From assembly GCA_958009085.1 (NCBI GenBank), contig OY253673.1, positions 620,001-684,000 on the forward strand: a stretch of 64,000 bases of DNA. Direction: 5' to 3'. This stretch comes from Protoeuglena noctilucae. Its lineage: Eukaryota. A program made the position numbers and the translations under genes. This document shows, piece after piece, positions 47,601 through 61,119 of the stretch; position 1 is the first letter of the stretch, and each line of letters starts with the position of its first letter. The notes under the pieces are model-generated. The model was not told where the DNA came from, did not search any database, and saw only the letters and a list, made by a program, of their open reading frames with translations.

Positions 47601-49520
47601 ATGGACGCGACCCCCCCCGCACTGCCTCCTGTACGGCTGGCCGGAGGGCCCGTTCGCGCCCCGTCCGCCCGGAGCGTGGAGCCTCTTTTGCGAATGCGCA
47701 GCAACAGAGTCGCGCCTGAGCCCCAGGGAGCCCAACAGCCGCTCGCCAATGACGCTGGTACATCCAACGCGGGGTCATCTGGCGCCGGGCCGTCGGGAAC
47801 CGGGCCGTCCGGCGCGAGTCCGAGCAACGCGCCTTTGTCTCCGGAGGAGGAGGCGCGTCGCGAGCTTAAGAGGCAGAGGAAAAGGGAGGCGAAGAAGAGG
47901 AAACAGGAAAGGAAACGGTTGGAGCGAGAGGCAGCCCAGGGAGGCAACGCGGCAGCCCAGGGGGCCAACGCAGCTGGGCAGGGGGGCAATGCTGCCAGCC
48001 AGGCACCACAGGCTGCGGCCAGGGCACCGCAAGACGTGGCCAGGACACCACCGACTGCGACCAGGACGCCACCGGCGGCGACCAGGGGTTCGCAGGCTGC
48101 CAGCAGCGCCGGGCCCAGCGCCCCGTCAAGGCCTGCACCGCCACCCAGGCAGCCGGAGGTCCCACGGTGCCACTCGACTCCGCCCTACGAGACGTTTGTG
48201 GGTGCCAGTCGCAAAGTGGTGGACGCCTGGTGGGACAGCAAGGCGTGCCTGCGGAACCCCATGCTGCCCGACTCGCTCGGGTCGCGCCGCGTACGGATCT
48301 TCTGGTGAGGAGCGCGCGGAGGGTGGCAGTGGGTGGTGCACATGCCCATCACATGCCCTGTCGGTGCCTGGGGGAGGGTCCCAGCGCGCTTGCGTGTGTG
48401 CCCGACCTCACCCACTCGGCGCAGCATGTGAGGGTGCACATTCCACACCCTGCAACACCCTGTGTTGCAGGGACATGGAGAACGTGCGACTCTATTCGGA
48501 CCAGGAACACGGCTGCCATCCGCACCAACAGTACGACGCACTCGTCCGCCGGCTGGGGTACAGCGGCAGCAGGGACGCTCGCGTCAGGTGGGTGCTGCAT
48601 GCGAGCAGGTCTCTATGGGGCGAGGAGAGGAAAGGCAGAAGAGAAAAGAGCACTGCCTTTTACACCCGCAGGCTGTATGCCTACACGTCGGACCAGCACA
48701 TCAGGCCTGGAAAGGACTACACCTACTCTGAACGGGTCATAACACACGTTCGTAGGTACCACGAGCACGTCAACATCACTGTCGCTCTGGGCTCGTTTGA
48801 GGACAAGCTCTCCACCGTGGACGCTCACATGAAGGCGGACATTCAGTGCTTCATGCGCGATTCGGATCGTGGCGACGTGCTCGTCATCATCACGGGCGAT
48901 GTCGACTTCCGGGATGTCCTCAGGCACGTGTGCGCTGGTTCCCTGTCGAGACTGGTACGCGCGTCACCGGCCCCTCGTGCTCCAACCCTGTGCTGAGACC
49001 GTGATTGTGCAGGAACGCCATGGACATGGGCCTCTACTGCGTCCTGCTCATCAACGACGGCACAGTGAGGGACGACCTGCGCAAGGCCTGCCACTGGTCG
49101 GGCAGGTTCACGGACTACATGCAGCAGGCGCTGCAGGGCGACGACGGCGGGTGCGTGATGCTGCGACGGGAGGCTTGACACCTCTTCACCCATGCCCCGT
49201 GCGCAGTGACATGCCGATGTGTTGCCCTGAATTGCAGGTCACCCGAGGAGCCGTGGCAGGCGCTGCGGCGGGAAGAGGACCAGCGGCAGGCGCCCACACA
49301 AGCTCAGCAAAACAACCAGCCCCAGCCGCAGCCAGAGCCGCGCTCGGATTTGGCCACGCAGGAAGCCGACTCCCCAGAGACACGGTCCGTGGCACCTGCC
49401 GACCCCACCGCGTCATTGGCGAGCAACGAAAACGCCGGGAGGTCTTCTGATGGGGACAAAGCGGCCGGCGACGTTCCCCGCAAGCGGCGGAGCTGGTTCG
49501 CGTGCTTCCGTGGCCACTGA
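47601..49520 (+). CDS. NYN-domain (LabA/MARF1-like PIN fold) predicted ribonuclease with low-complexity N-terminus
   Basis: Spliced VRIFW|DMENV, KLSTVDAHM, VLVIITGDVDFRDVLR|NAMDMGLYCVLL; the acidic active-site residues are present. Confidence 0.82.
47931..48090 (+). repeat. Degenerate 21-bp (7-aa) coding tandem repeat, about 7 units
   Basis: AAQGGNA-AAQGANA-AGQGGNA-ASQAPQA-AARAPQD-VARTPPT-ATRTPPA. Confidence 0.75.
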
Positions 49521-49700
49521 GGACAATTCGATTGCATACCCCCGCCTCGTCATCAATGCTAGCGATTCATAGTTGTGTTACGCGAATACCCCGCGATCGT
49601 GATCCTAGTAGCACGTGATCCTAGCTGGGCATGTGATTCCATGCCGCTTGTGCTGCATGTGCCTCACCCCTGTTATCCAGCCTAGCCGCCAGCCGCGGCG

Positions 49701-52700
49701 CTAACTCCGCAGCGCCCCGAGCCTCCACCGCTGCCATGAAGCCCCAGCGCCAGTGCCCGCGTCTGCGGCATGCGATGGCTGATCCACGGATGGCACAAGG
49801 TGTGCCAAGAGACCCGACCCCTTGGCACCTGCGCCCGCCTCCCGCTCCCGCTCGCGGCTGTCGGTCGCCGCCCCGCTCCGCTCGGAGTGATGCAAGCCCG
49901 ACGAGCCCCGCCCGCCCTGGCCCTCCGCCTGCACGACCAGCGCGGGCACCGCGGGCGCAGGCAGCCGCATGAGCCGCTCTACGGCGGCCTCCGGGCCCAG
50001 CTGCTCGACCAGCGCCGCCGTCTCGGCCCACTCGGCGTCCACCACCGCCGCCGCCCCGCGCTGATCGTACCGCAGTGACCCAGGCCCCGGGGTGCGCCAC
50101 ACTCCGCCCAGCAGCCCATGGGGCACCTGCCCCTCTCTCAGGAAGGCCGGCAGCAAGCCACGGTCCGCCCATGCGCCCTCCGCTTGACGGGCCGTGTCTG
50201 TGCCACTTGCGCCGAGCCTGGCACTCGCGACCTGCACTGGCGCGATGCGATAAGCGTGCACATGCCGAGGGCAGCCAAGCATCACCAGCTCATCAAGCAG
50301 ACCTCACAGGTCGTCCGAGGTCAGCGTCGATAACACAACAAGCGCAATGCCAGCGACACGGCCAGGGTCACTGACCTCGATCAAATCCTGGGCGTCCAGT
50401 CCCGTGCGGGCCCCAATCTCCTGTGCAACGACGGCCTGCACGCCCGGGTGAATGCCCTCTCGGGAGAACACTTGCAAGACGCCCGCCGCCGCGCGCACCG
50501 GGCTGCATGGGCGGAGAGCGGGGGCGGTCAGCTGGCGATGGCAGCTGCATGTCAGCGAGCATCAAAATGCACGATGCGCAGGGCAGAGAGCGGCAGCCGC
50601 TCACCCACGCCTCGCCAGCACGCCGCCCAGAACGCCCGCGTCACGAGTCAGCGCCGTCCGCAGCGCGGGGCCGACGCCCTGCGCTGTCGACAGGCGCCCG
50701 ACCATCACGGCCGCTGCAGCCAGCTCAGCGCTCGACAGCCCGCCCCGCCCTGCTCCGAGACCCTGGCTGCCCTCGCCGGCGTCCTCCCCATGCGAGGCGA
50801 TGCCCGGCACCGCAGCATCGTCGCCCGCAGTCGCTCCGATTCCCACAACGCGCTCCTCGGGACCGGGGTGGACGGCCGCCAGCGTCAGCAGCCGCGAGGC
50901 CTCGAACACGCGCTGCGAGAGCGGGTGCCGCTCCGGCACCGTCCCCAGCTGGGCGAACGGGTGCCCCGGCGGGAGATGGGCACAGCACGATACGGCGCGC
51001 AGCACGCCCCGCAGGAGGTCCAGGGCGTCCTGCGGGGACGCGCCCTGCAGCACGTTCCCGAACACCACCGCCTGCGCCGCCCTCTTGAGCAGCGTCTCGG
51101 CCGCCGGCGCGTGCGGGCCGGGGACGTCCGCCGCGACTGCCGCCATGAAACGGCCCAGGGGCCCCGCCTGCCCCTCGGCTCCCAGCGAACCCTTATGGAC
51201 CCGGGAGAGCACGAAGAGCAGCGCCGCACGCGCGCTCTCGGCCTGAGACGGCGCGCGGGTCGATGGGTCCTCCGCCGGGGGTGCGCAAGCGTGGGCGATG
51301 AGCCATGGGGTGGCGACGTGGTCCAAGAAAGGACCCAAGGGGAGCCGGCCTTGCTTGAGCTGCCGCTCCAAAAAGGCGCGGGAAGACGGCGACGGCGCTT
51401 CATCGGCTGACAACGCATCCTCCGGCATCACGAGCGTGTCCCATGCTGAACCGGCGAGTAGGGCGGCGCCCTGCGGGTGCACGGCACGCTGGCGGGTGCG
51501 CAGGCGGCAGCGACCGACGCGGATCCCCGTCGCAGGTGTGGCGCAGAGGCGGGGCGAAGCGAGGGAGGGAAGAAACAGCATACGGCGCTGCGACGGCACA
51601 TGCGCCATGAAATGAAACCAAGCGCGCCATGTCACCTCGTTGGCAGCGCGCCGGCATAGCCGCCCGAACGCAGCGTTGTCCGGGCCGATCCCCACCCCAG
51701 CCAGGTCCCGCACGGCGCCAAGGAGGCTCAGAGCCGACGCGGCCCCTCCGCCACCGTCACGGCCGTCCGCCAGCCGCGCCACCAACGCATCGGCGGCGTC
51801 CGCGGGGCTCCCGGAACCGTCGAGATAGCGCGTCGCGCTGCTGTCTGCGCTCGCACGGTCTTCGTCGAACAGCCGGGCAGCGGCATTGCCCAGCAGACGG
51901 CTGCGGAGTCTCGCGGGTCCCTGCGCCACCTGAGCCCCTGACCCATCGCCCGCCCCGTCCCTCTCGCCAGGTAAAGAGTCCATGTTTCCAAACCCTTTCC
52001 GCCGCAGCGTCGAGTCGACCCCCGCTGACAGCAGCAGGCGCAGGGCCCGGGCGCAGTCGTCGCGCGGCAGGAGGGGAGCTGCGGCGTGCAGCATGGCGCT
52101 GACGGTGCCCAGGGGAGGGTGGCTGCTCAGGAGCAGCGAGAGGGCTTCGAGAAGGGCGAGGGCCGGGAGATGGAGGGCGGGGGGCATGTCGACAGACCTG
52201 GGTGCAGCTGTGGCGGGCGGCGTGGGGGCGATGCTCGCCAGCACGCCTGCAAGGCCCGGCAGGCGATGGACAGGCGGAGGCCGGCAGCGGTCCTGCACGC
52301 GGAGCAGGGGGGTCAGCCATGACACGACGCCAGCAAATGCGCTGTGTCACACGTGCCCTCGCTGCCGATGCTGGCGGCTGCGCACCTGAGTCAGGCGCCA
52401 CTGGCGGGCCAGAAAGGCCTCCAGGTCCGCGGCGGCCCGAGGAGAAAGCTCTTGTCCGCCCTGCCTCGCCGCAAAGGCGATCTCCATCACGACTGCGGCA
52501 GCCACTGCCAGAGGCCCCTGTGCCTCTCTTTGGAGTTGCCAGTCCACGCGGCCAGACGCGGGGCCCGCCTCGTCCGCGGCTGGCGGCAGGACAAACGACA
52601 CTGTCTCGTCACCGCGTGGGGTGCCCGGCAATGGAGACGCTTCCGGCACTAAGGGCCCTGCCGCGAGGCACGAGAGCGCCTCCTCGATGTCCAGTCGAGA

Positions 52701-54370
52701 CCCTAGGCCATCGTAGAAGGGCGCCAACGCCTGCAGTGCCGCCCTCGTCGCCGGGGCTGCCTCTGCCAGCAGCTGCCGCACGCTCCCGCCCTCCTCCGCA
52801 CCCACAGCCACGGTTCCCAGCACTCGTAGCGCCTCCTCCGCCGCTGCGACCTCCGCGGGGCCCCGCTCGCTCCCTCGCGCGGGGTTGTGCCAAGTCAGCT
52901 CGTCCGCACCCTCATCATCGATCGCAGGCGTGCGCATCTCACACGCGGCACGCATGACAGCATCGAGCCCGGCCCATGCCGGCGATGCAGACCGCGGTCC
53001 GTGGCTTCCACTCGCAGCGCTGTCGCTGCCGGGCAAAGCCGAGCCGCTCAGCGCGGCCACGGCGGCCTCTGCATGCACGCCTTGCAATGCCTCCCGCAGC
53101 CGCGGCCGGTCCCTGAGCGCAGGAAGCACGGTGGGGCTGGGTTGGGTGCTGACACGGTTGCCGACAGCAGGCGGCAATCTCTCCATGACAGATATAAGCA
53201 GGAGGTCGGGTTCAGGGACACACAAGTGTGAGCAACCACACGTGACGGCCCTTGAGGGTCACTTCAGAGAACAACAGTCGCCGCTGACGTGGTCACCTGA
53301 TGTGGATCTCAGTTGCCACGGGGCCCGACTGCGTCGCCGCACCCACAGACGCGTGGCTCTGACGCTCGCCCACCGCACTCTGCCGCATGACCAGGTGAGG
53401 GTGATCCCCAGACTCCAGCGTGGGCGGCCTGGAAGGCGGGAGACCCCTGAATCGATCGAACCCGACCCTGCCCTCGTGTGTGGAAGCCGCGTCGCTTAGT
53501 TGCGCGTGGAGCTCGCCAAGACACTGCGGGGAGAAGGGCGGGGAGAAGGGACATGCGACGGTCCATGCCCGTCACCAGCCCATCATATGCATGAAAGAGA
53601 ACTAGACTCGTCAAAGCTGCGGATTCAGTGACGCCGCGCAAGCATCGAATGTCATCATAGCTAGCCATGGTCATGGCTATCGATGCCAGCATGTCACCTC
53701 TAACGCCGCCCCGACCACGGCATCGGCCGTGAGCTCGGTGTCGAGGGTGTCGATGCACAGGACGTTCATGAAGGGCCGACGAGAGCTGCGAGCGAACAGA
53801 GAAAGACTCTCTTGCTAGCATAGCTGGCTGCCCACGCGTTTGCACCCCCGCCCGTGATGTCTGTCGAGCGCCCGGCTGGCCGCGTCTCCCTCGCACCTGG
53901 TGATGCCGAACTCGGGACACTTCATCCCGCGGTCTTCCAGTCGTCTTCGGACGCTCTCCGCCAGACCCATGAGGTGCTGGCCACCATTGGCGCGCAGCCA
54001 CCGTGCCGACTCGGCAGGCACACGCACCCGCGCACGGCGGTACTGGGGCGCCGCCCGGTGCAGCGTGAAGAGGCGCCCGGTGCCCAGGAGTTCCACCGGC
54101 GGGCCCAGCAGGCGGGCGATGTCGGAGGAAAGGAAGCACAGGGCTTGCTCCAACTCCGCCTCCGCCGCCAACAGCGTGCCCAGGCCGCCAGGCGCGGGCG
54201 CCAGCCGCTGCGCGACGACGCGCCACGCCATATGCGGCGTCCCCTCACGCTCGCTCCGCAAGAGCAGGTCGGAGCCCATGCGAAGCCCCAGCCGCGCCGC
54301 CACGAACTTGACTAGGCCCCCGGCCGTCTCATCGCCCGGAGAGCCGAGCAGACGTTCCAGCGACGGCATG
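49701..54370 (-). CDS. Large hypothetical Ala/Leu-rich helical protein, multi-exon; boundaries uncertain and could be two genes
   Basis: Serial minus-strand ORFs 53815-54978, 52347-53225, 50601-52325, 50304-50498 and 49701-50285 with coding-like codon bias and splice-like borders. No family recognised. Confidence 0.45.
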
Positions 54371-55041
54371 TCCAGAGCCCAACGAAGCGTCAACGTCGTC
54401 GGAAGAAGGAGAGGCGCGGCCGATGCTTTGCGCGGCGCCCCGAAGCCCGTGTGCGTTGTGCCCCGCTCTGTTTGTTCCGCCGCGCCGCGTGGTGAGTCCG
54501 ATGAAGCGTACCCGCGAACGTACATCTCCAATGGAAGAGTCCAGACCGCCGGGACGGCCCTGGGCGAGCCAGCGGGCGGGAACCACGCCGCCACCTTCGC
54601 TGCGCCCTGCCGTTCACCCTCCGGATTCGGACCCAATGCCGGGGCCATCCCAACCACCTTCCAGGCGCCCCGTATGTCCATATCCGCCTCGTCTGAGGCT
54701 TCGGATCCGCCTGCCAACCTCGCCCTGCCACGCGGGGAGCCCGACCCATCGCGTCGCAGGCCCCGCTCGCCGAACCCGGAGACGAACCGAACATTCAGGG
54801 CATCGGCGTGAAGACACGTCGGAAGGAGAGCCACGTGCAACAGGGAGCCGCGAAGACGGCCCCGCAGCGGGGCCAGCGCTGCCATCTCAGCGCCAGCGCA
54901 GGCCCAGGCACAACATGGCAGCAGTCGCGGAGCTATGCCGGCCCCGACACTAGGGACTCGCGGGCGTAAGGGTTGCATCGGCTCCTATCAACCAAGCAGA
55001 GCGAGACTGGCGCCAGTCCGCGCACAAATCGTGCTGTGGCA

Positions 55042-57444
55042 TCACAGCTCCTCCGCAGCTTGCTTTTGGCACAAGTCCTGCGCAAGGTACCCCCGGAGCA
55101 TCTCCCGGGCCTCCGGAGGCTTGGTCTGCGGCACCATATGCCCGGCGCCCTTGACGGTCACGTACTGCAGGCCCTTCCACGTCACACAGTACCCCGCGAC
55201 CTGACCGTCGAGCTCCCAGGGCGCCCACTCGGCCACCAGGTCCAGCCCCCGCTTCCGAGCGAGGTCGCGCGTCCAGGCCTCCGACCCCGTGTGCGGCACG
55301 GCTGCGGGCGCCGCGGAAGTCACTTTCGCCATCCATCGACCCCCAACTGACCCAGCGACACGCCTGGTTCTCGCGCGCGATCCTCACCCATGTCGTGGTC
55401 GCCAGAGTAGACCAGTGCCCGCAGCCCTGCCCCGATGAGCTTGGCGTGGTAGGGGAGCATGCTTCCCAGGTCGTGGCGGTAGGAGAAGTTGATGCCCATG
55501 TTACACAGCTCCCACTCGCCGATGTCCTCCACGGCACGTGCGTGGATGGCCTGGCGGACCGCGGGGTCGTTGAGCCAGCGCGTCGCCAGGACGTCGTCTG
55601 TGCAGGGCACCGTGGGAGCCCCGGCTTGCCGGGCGTACCGCCCCCAGTGATGCACGGGACCCGGGCGCACGACAGGGCCGAGGGGCCACCCGATCGGACC
55701 CACGTCCGACAACGCCGCGAGCGACGCGGCCCGCGCCGTGGCAGAGCCGTGGTAGCAAGGCAGCAGGACGTCGTACACATCCAGATCGAGCAGGTCGTTG
55801 CGGACCTGCAGCACCAGCTCCGCGCAGGCCTCTGCGGCGACGACGTGGGACGACAATGTCAGCTGTCACAGGTGTGGAGCTGGTCATGGTGCGGAGCAGT
55901 CCTGGGTGCGGAGCTGTCACTGGTGCAGAGCTGTCAAGGGTCATCACCTGCCTTAGTAAGGGACGGGGGCAGCGGCACTCACCCGAGGTCGGGCTGTAGA
56001 TGTCCTGTCCCTTGCACGCCTTGGTGGCTCGCTGGTACAAATCTTGGGAGATGAGGGACTTGCCCACCGCGAACGGGAACAGGGCGCGCGAGTCGTATTT
56101 CTCGTCTGTCACGCCGTTGCCCACCACGTACCCCTTGAGGTTCACATTGGGCTGCAGCCCCGCGTGGTTGCCGTCAAGCAGCGCCGCCGTTACTGCGGGA
56201 AGCGAAGTTGGCTGTCTTATTGACTGAGATCGCAAAGCGTGGCTCCAAGGGCCCAAGTGGCGGTTGTACAGAGGATACCAAAGCGTGGCAACGCGACTAC
56301 CATCACTTGCACACACATATGGGATGACCCATCCATGCTCCCATATTCATGCTCACCCGTGGGCACGAATACCCCCGCGTACGACTCCCCGGTGATGTAG
56401 ACGTCGTTGTCCTCGAATCCAAAAAAGTCCACGAGCATGCGCACGAAGAGCGACATGTCCCTCGCGACGGTCGAGTCCGTGCTCTCCTCGCAGCCCACCG
56501 CGTCGCAGTAACTGAGGCCGACACCTGCGGACAAGGGATGGCTACTATGCAAGGTGTCCGCTTGCACTTGCCACGCTCGGCCTCATGCCATTAGATAACG
56601 ACAGTGTGATTAGTGTGATGCGAGGTGCACCCTTTCGAGGCGCGCAGTCAACTGACCCTCCTCGACATGCGTGGTTTTGATGGGTTAGGCCGACCCTGAT
56701 GATACATATTGCGATAGCAGCAGTCGTCACCTACGGGGTTGTCGACCCAAACCACAGTGGCCTCCTTGGTCCACCCGTGGGGGTTTACCGAGAGCACGGG
56801 CAGGCCGTCAGGGTCGCTGGGATTCTTGCTGAACAGGTAGGGGCCGTGCTCGTAGATGAAACCCTCCATGGAGCTGCACCCGGGGCCTGGGAGAGCGAGG
56901 CAGGTGCACGAGCGTCGATGGGCTGTGCGCTAGTGGGTTGCATCAGTGGGCCAGGCCGGTGGACCCAAGTTAGTCCACGGGCCAAGTCGCTGGTCAGCTT
57001 GGCGCGCACACCTCCGTTCATCCAGACCACGACGGGGGCGGAGGAGGCGTGGGAGGGGTCCTCCTTCAGCTGCATGTAGAAGAAGACATGGCGGTCCTGC
57101 GCCTCGTCGACCGTGATGTAGCCCGAGTACGTCTGCCCGGCCAGCTGAGGGGCGCTCAGCCCAGGCAGGTGGTCCACGGGGTGGATGTCATAGACGTCCA
57201 CGCCAAAACGACGAGGTCCTCGCGGCCAGGCCTCTCCCGAGGGCTCCACCCTCGCCGGGTCGAACAGCCGCCCGGGACGAACGGTACGGGCGCCTGCGCG
57301 GGCCATGACACGGTGTGGGTCCTCCGGGAAGCGGGATCGAGCTCCGCACGAGTTGTTGCGGGGGAATGAGGTCGCACCTGACGAAAGGGACGCCGTCGCT
57401 GCCAACGCGACAATCAGAAAAGCGATTTGCATGCGGGAGAGCAT
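55042..57444 (-). CDS. Serine carboxypeptidase (peptidase S10), secreted or vacuolar, 6 exons
   Basis: Signal peptide, YSGYITVD, WMNG|GPGCSS, YEHGP, DNPVGVGLSY, ITGESYAGVFVP, NLKGYVVGNG, VYSGDHDM, TVKGAGHMVP; the Ser/Asp/His triad is intact. Confidence 0.95.
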
Positions 57445-57729
57445 CGCGGCCCCGCGCACGAAGCTTGGGTGGCGAGCTAAGCCCTTGTGTGTGTCGCTAA
57501 GGCAAGGTCCGTTTTTCGCGTCTGCTGTTGGCGATATTCGCCAGCTGCCACTCGCGATGCGTTCCTCATGTATGATTTGTGTCTGACACGCCCCCGGCGG
57601 GCCAGCTCATTGCTTGAGCGAGGACTGGCAGGGCTGACACCAGCTGCAGTTCGCGGAGATCGGGGCATCCGAGCCACGGCGGCCGCCATCTCTGTGGCCA
57701 TCGAACCGATCGGATGTTGACGTGACGCG

Positions 57730-58949
57730 ATGGCGGCAATCCACTCCCTGAGCCCTCAGGCGTCGCTGCCGTTGTGGAAGAAGCGCGTCCTCGTCACGGC
57801 GCCCCGCCAATACGCCCCTCGTCTCATCAGCGCGATCATTCAGCGAGGCGGCCTTCCAGTGTGGCTCCCTACGATCGAGGTCTGCGACCTGGAAGAGACT
57901 GACCCTTTGGACAACGAGGTGCCTCAACGTGCGCACGCTGTGGCGCACCTGTTCCTCCCGCCTGGCCCCACCGCGTTTCTCCTCCCGGATCGTGTCCCCA
58001 GGTCCGGCGCCTGGTGGATGGTCACTTCACGCATGTCTTGTTCACCTCCCGCAACGGCATCGACGCCGTCATGCGCCGCGCCGCGCACATCCTAGGGGGC
58101 GAGGTCGAGGCAGCGTCGGCGATCAACAGCAGCGGGGCGCGGGTCTACGCATTGGGCGCGGACTCCAACGTGCTGCGGGAACTGGGCGTGCTGTGCGCCA
58201 CGCCTCGCGAGCCGAGCACACAGGCGAGGACAAGCCAGGCGCCCCTGCCCTGCCGGTGCTGGTCAACCCATGTCCGTACCATACAACCCCGCCCGAAATG
58301 TCTTGTGACAGTGCTCATGCACTGTCGCACGAGCCAGCACCCAACGCCCACGCCACCCTCAGGGCTTGGTGCGAGACCTGGAGGAGAGCGGGGAGGCGTT
58401 GGCTGCCGTGGCGCTGTGTCCCGTCCCGCGCGTCACGGGCGGCCTCACGGAGCCTCCCGTGGTGCCCAAGTTCCTGGCGGGATTGGAAGCTGCGGGGGCG
58501 AAGGCCGTCCGCGTCGACGCCTACGTGACCCGGGCAGGGGCCGCCCCGGGAGACTTTGCGGTGGAGACAAGCCTTCTCAAGGGCGGGGAGATGGACGTGG
58601 TGGTCCTGTCGTCGACGGTTGAGGCGCAGGGGCTGTTGATAGCGACGGGCGGGGCGGATGCGCTCGCGAGCGCGATAGCCAAGGGGCTCGTGCTGGCGGC
58701 GCACGGGCCCTACACAGCCAAGGGCGCCCAGGCCGTGCTCGGGTGAGGGCAGGGGTGACAGCCAAGGCATCTCTCACTGCCGTGGTGATTGTTGGGCTGA
58801 CAGGGTTTCTCAAGCCATAACGTGCTCTGCGCTCCTGTCGTCGTCGCAGGTACGAGGTGCCGGTCGTTGGCCAGAATTACTCCACCTTCGACGGAGTGTG
58901 CGAGGCGCTATCGGCGCACTTCAACGGGGAGGGCAATTTGAACACTTGA
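57730..58949 (+). CDS. hemD: Uroporphyrinogen-III synthase (HemD)-like protein, cyanobacterial type, 4 exons
   Basis: KRVLVTAPRQYAPRL...GGLPVWLPTIE, LFTSRNGIDA, ALGAD, EPSTQ|GLV, LTEPPVVPKFL, VRVDAYVT, LSSTVEAQG, AHGPYTA. Confidence 0.82.
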
Positions 58950-59106
58950 CGACGCCTATGTGAGGTCCCATGGTACATGCATAGAGGACTAACTGCCAGA
59001 AACGGTTCCGTCACATATCCTCCTTCTCCCTCAGTAAGACGGCCCAGAGTGGCGCAGGGGCGTCGGTTGCCCCGCGAGCGCCGCCACTGCCCTGGCCTTC
59101 TCACCC

Positions 59107-61119
59107 TCAGCCCAGCAGGTCGGCGAAGGGGTCCTTTGCCGCGGGCGCAGCTGGCTGACTGCTCACGCCCATCCCAGCGCCCGTCCCCACGCCCATGCCC
59201 ATGCTCCCCATGCCCATGCTCCCGGACGGGCCCGTCCACTGGCCGTTCGCCGCCATCCCCATCACAGGCGCTGCGCCGTTGGCTCCCATGCCCATACCCA
59301 TGCCCACGCCACCACCCATGCCCATGCCCCCACCCATGCCCATGCCGCCACCCATCGGGGGTACCTCCGGCACACCGAAGATGTCCGCCGCCAGCGGGGC
59401 CCGCGTCGTGGCCGGCTTGGCCGCCGGCACATCCGCCCCAGCGAACGCGTCGAAGTGCCCGCCGGACGCCGCGGGAGGCTTGGCCGCCGCAGGCTTGGCG
59501 TTGAGCGTGTCGGCCCCCGCAAAGGCGGCCCATTGGTCACCGCCCCCCGCAGGCCCCGCGTCGTGCGTGTCCGCCGCGGCGAACGCGTCCCACTGGTTGT
59601 GACCGGCCGCGGTGGGGGCGGCGGGCGCGGGCGCGGGGACGTCGACGGCCAGGAGGTCGTTCAGGCTGTCAGACGGGGCGGGGCTGGCGCCAGCGAGGCT
59701 GGCGGGCTTGGACGAGGTCGAGGGCGCGAGCTTGATGTTGGCGAAGGACGCGGCGATCTTGGAGTCGACCTTGGTGCTGCTCAGCTTCTTCTGCGGCGAG
59801 CGGCGGCACGGTGCGCGGTGCGGCACGGGGTACATGTACAGGGACGGCCCATGCACCGCCACGTCTGGCGCTGGGCACGGCGCGGGTCTCGCCCCGCTGC
59901 CTGCCGGCGTCGCAATCCGCGCGTCACCTTGGCTTCCGCGGACGAGAAGGACGGCGGGTCGTTGGCGCGGAGCTTCTCAATCCGCTGCTGCGTGGCGGCG
60001 AAGGCGTCGTCGCTGCCCGCGTAGCCGCTCCCGCCCTCGAGCGCCTCGCTCGTGATCATCTTGTCGGGCGCCTCCGAGGTGACCATGCCGCCTGTGTCGA
60101 AGCCAGAGGCCTTGAAGGCGCCGAAACCGCCCGCGGCCGCCCCGGCCCCACCGGCCTTGCCGAAGCTGCGGGCGAGGAAGGGTCGCAGCGTCGCGGGCTC
60201 CCCGCAGCGTGTCGCGCGCCCGGGGCATTCGCTCCCGGCGCCGGCGCTCGCCTGTAGGAGCCCTCCGAGGTGGTCCCGTCCGCCGCCACGTTGTGCATGC
60301 GGCTGGCCTTCTCCCGCTCGGCGTGGATGCGCTCCGGGTCCCGGATCAGCGCCCCGAGCTCCTTAGCGCGGTGGCGCACGTTCAGCCCGTGGTCCTTGCC
60401 CTTGGCGTCCACGTAGATGAAACCGTCCCGGAGCTTGTCGATCGTGTCGACGTTCCCCTGGAGCTCGTTGACCACCACCTGGGGCCCGTTCTTCAGAAGA
60501 TGGTCAAGGACAAGCAGGGACTTGTACACCTGCCGCCACTTCTCCCCTGCGAGCGGCGGCACGGGGCGCTGCGTGGGGCCGGTAAACAGAAGCCCCCCTC
60601 GCGCCCGCGCGCGGGCCGGGACGGCGGGCGGACCGGCGAAACGGGCCCTCGAGTGATTTTGCAGTGAGTTACGACGCGCGCGCGCAGCGCACCCTTCTCC
60701 TGCAGCCTCCGAGCGAGGACCCCCATGATCTGTTTGTAGCCCTCGGGGTCGAAAGACATCTCTGCGATTTCGTTGAGCAGCTGCCCGTGGGGACCCCAGG
60801 GCTCCGCGTTCGTCGCCTCCTCGACCTGGGGACGGCGGAGCGAAGCGCCATCAGCGCGCGGGGGGACGAGGGTGGGGCTCGTGCCGCCCTAGCGCGCGCC
60901 CCCAGATGCGCGCCGCGAGAACGAAATACGGCCGCCGGGGGTATCCACAGAGCATCTTCGCGACAAATGCAGAGAAAGGACGCAAGCTCGCTGCCCGGGG
61001 ACCGTCCGACCGCGCTGTGGCCCCTGCCCGCGCCGTGCCTTCATCTCCAGGTCGCTCAGGGAGAAGGCGTATTGCTTGGCCTTCCTGGCCAGGTTCTTCA
61101 TCCTCTCCTTGAAGTCCAT
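59107..61119 (-). CDS. ENTH-domain protein (epsin/epsinR-like clathrin adaptor), 5 exons
   Basis: SDLEMK|VEEATNAEPWGPHG, KWRQVYKSLLVLDHLLKNG, GKDHGLNVRHRAK. Tail with WDAF/WAAF/FDAF motifs, a Met-Gly-rich stretch and DPFADLLG*. Confidence 0.93.
59190..59360 (-). repeat. Coding low-complexity (ATGGGC)n Met-Gly repeat
   Basis: Repeated cccatg/gcccat on the plus strand; translates to MGGGMGMGGGMGMGGGVGMGMGMG. Confidence 0.8.

Noticed and set aside
54978..55044. Only 63 nt between the carboxypeptidase stop and the ATG of ORF 53815-54978, suggesting a bicistron
   Set aside because: The first about 200 codons of that ORF lack coding-like codon bias, so the real start is probably near 54370. The upstream gene is also long and AUG-rich.
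6632..58949. Bacterial-like genes (pyrH, hemD, TENA) as recent horizontal transfer or contamination
   Set aside because: All carry host-type introns and codon usage, and these families are normal in green-lineage nuclear genomes.
47931..59360. Short tandem repeats as CRISPR or satellite arrays
   Set aside because: They are in-frame coding low-complexity repeats without a repeat-spacer structure.
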